A stretch of 64,000 nt of DNA, from the NCBI RefSeq assembly GCF_009914755.1, contig NC_060926.1. One strand, written 5' to 3'. The stretch's first letter is position 1. Every line of letters starts with the position of its first letter. The notes under the pieces were generated by a model, which saw nothing but the letters and a program-made list of their open reading frames with translations, had not been told where the DNA came from and ran no database searches. This DNA is from the human T2T-CHM13v2.0 reference genome, Homo sapiens. Of this stretch, positions 62,301-64,000 are shown piece after piece. A program made the position numbers and the translations under genes.

Positions 62301-64000
62301 GGTGTTTATATCACACCCTTGAGCTTCACTGGCTTAGCTTCATAGTCGGTAGCTCAGCTACAATTCGAGGCAACTCAACTAGATGGCTATTATCCTATTC
62401 AGCTTTAAACGTGGAGAAGCCTGTGAGTTCCAGTGGAACCCCACTGCTCTTGAAATCTAACTAAAAGTCACACAATGAGATTCTGATAGGGCCTTTTGTG
62501 TTCTACTAATTTTTGTGATTTATGATCTCAACATTCACTAAGGAAAATGAAGTAGGAATAGGTCTTCTGCCTGGGGGTCTGGGGATTTTTTCTCATCTGT
62601 ATTCTTCAAAAATTTTGCTTATACTTTTGAACCAGGGTCTTGCTTTCTTAATTTTGTGTTAATGAGTTAGTAGCAGCATTCAGAGGATAAGTTATACAAT
62701 CTCTCTTGATGACTGTTGCTGGTTTTATTTACTTATTTATTCATTAAAAAAATTAAGGATCTACTAGGTGCATTTTGATAGGTTCTGGGGTTACAATGGT
62801 GAATAAGATAGACATAGTCCCCGTCTATTTGAAATTTATATTCCAGTGGGTGAAATCAGGACTAGAAGCCATAAATAATTGGAATGGACACGCTGTTTCA
62901 TACCAGGTGAATCCCAGCTCTAGGGGAGTACAATAAGCAAGAACACAAATAAAGAAACTAAATATTGCGGTTTGTGACACATACTATGAAAAGTCAGTAG
63001 AGAGGAGAGGAAGGCCCACATTGTACGTGTACGGATAGCTAGGCATTTAATTGTGCTATCTCATCTATTAAACTGTGAGTGCTGTTAAAGTAGCAGCCAT
63101 GACTGTCATTTCCTATGTATCTCTATGTGACACCTTGAAATGGTGCTAAGCAGTTGTCAGGCTTCGAATAAATGTAGTTGTGACCAGCTGACAGGGCATC
63201 CTTGGGTGTTCAGTCACCCATTGCCAAATTTCCTTGTTGGTCACAGTCACAATACACTTCTTGGTTGTAACCCTTTTATTGCCTTTCTTTGTCGTCTTTA
63301 TTTCTTCATGTTTTGCTAGTGTGTGGCTGATAAGGGTCAGAAAGGAAAATGTCAGAGGCAATAGGGTTTAATGAATCAGGGAACTGCTATTAACATAAAA
63401 ATGCCAACTCCACAATTGTGGTATTGTCAGGAGGAAATGGTTTGGTTTCATCAACGGTCAGCCTAGAAGGGAAGAAAACTAGTGTGACCACCCAATGCTA
63501 TATTCAAGAAGAAAGCAGGGGAGCTGTGCTTAGAGACACTGGTTATCAGTGTTCTTCTAGCTTGGGTTTTATCTCCAAGGCTATTTTAAAAATAATTCGG
63601 ACCTCTGAGTACTATGGGAGCTCTGATCTACAAAGTTTAATTCATGTCTAGAGATGGAGCTCATGGGCAAATAAAGTCAGAAGAGAATAGAGAGAAACTC
63701 AGTTAATCAATCAGCTTGCCTGAAACCTCCCACATGGATTTTTCCAGATTTCAGGATGTGATCATAGCTTCCTTGAGGGGCTTCGCCTGTCTCTGGGGGA
63801 ATAGGATACTGGGACACATGACACATTTTTTACTGCTTCTGGAAGTTTTTTTACTTCCTGTGAAAGAATCCTAAGAACAGGGATAGAAAGATGGTGAATG
63901 ACCACACTGATCTTTCTAAGAATGTTTTCAGCTTCGTGGTGGAAAATGATATTTGGCTGGGAAAACTTCACAGCTGATGCTACTAATGCATTCTTGAGAG

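Overview
Human (or very closely related great-ape) genomic DNA, not microbial. The right half holds the complete 9-exon carboxypeptidase O gene (CPO, + strand, ATG 31813, stop 61646-61648). I assembled all nine exons by hand through GT-AG junctions into 1125 nt = 374 aa, with a signal peptide, M14A zinc/catalytic residues, an Arg in the specificity pocket and a GPI-type C-terminus. The rest is mostly transposon-derived: a full-length but dead L1PA2-type LINE-1 (169-6193) nested in an older L1MA; a second older L1PA truncated at both ends; L1MC/L1MB/L1PA fragments; about ten Alus; a complete THE1 MaLR provirus in CPO intron 2; solo LTRs; MER5, MIR and L2 relics; and several microsatellites. I found no convincing new biological system. 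The most noteworthy items are a 35-nt U2 snRNA retrocopy with target-site duplication (TSD), a THE1 provirus whose two LTRs look like different subfamilies despite a perfect TSD, the exon-phase signature of CPO prodomain loss, and a 90-bp host duplication that preserves the L1 empty site. Repeat subfamily names come from remembered consensus features, not from a search.
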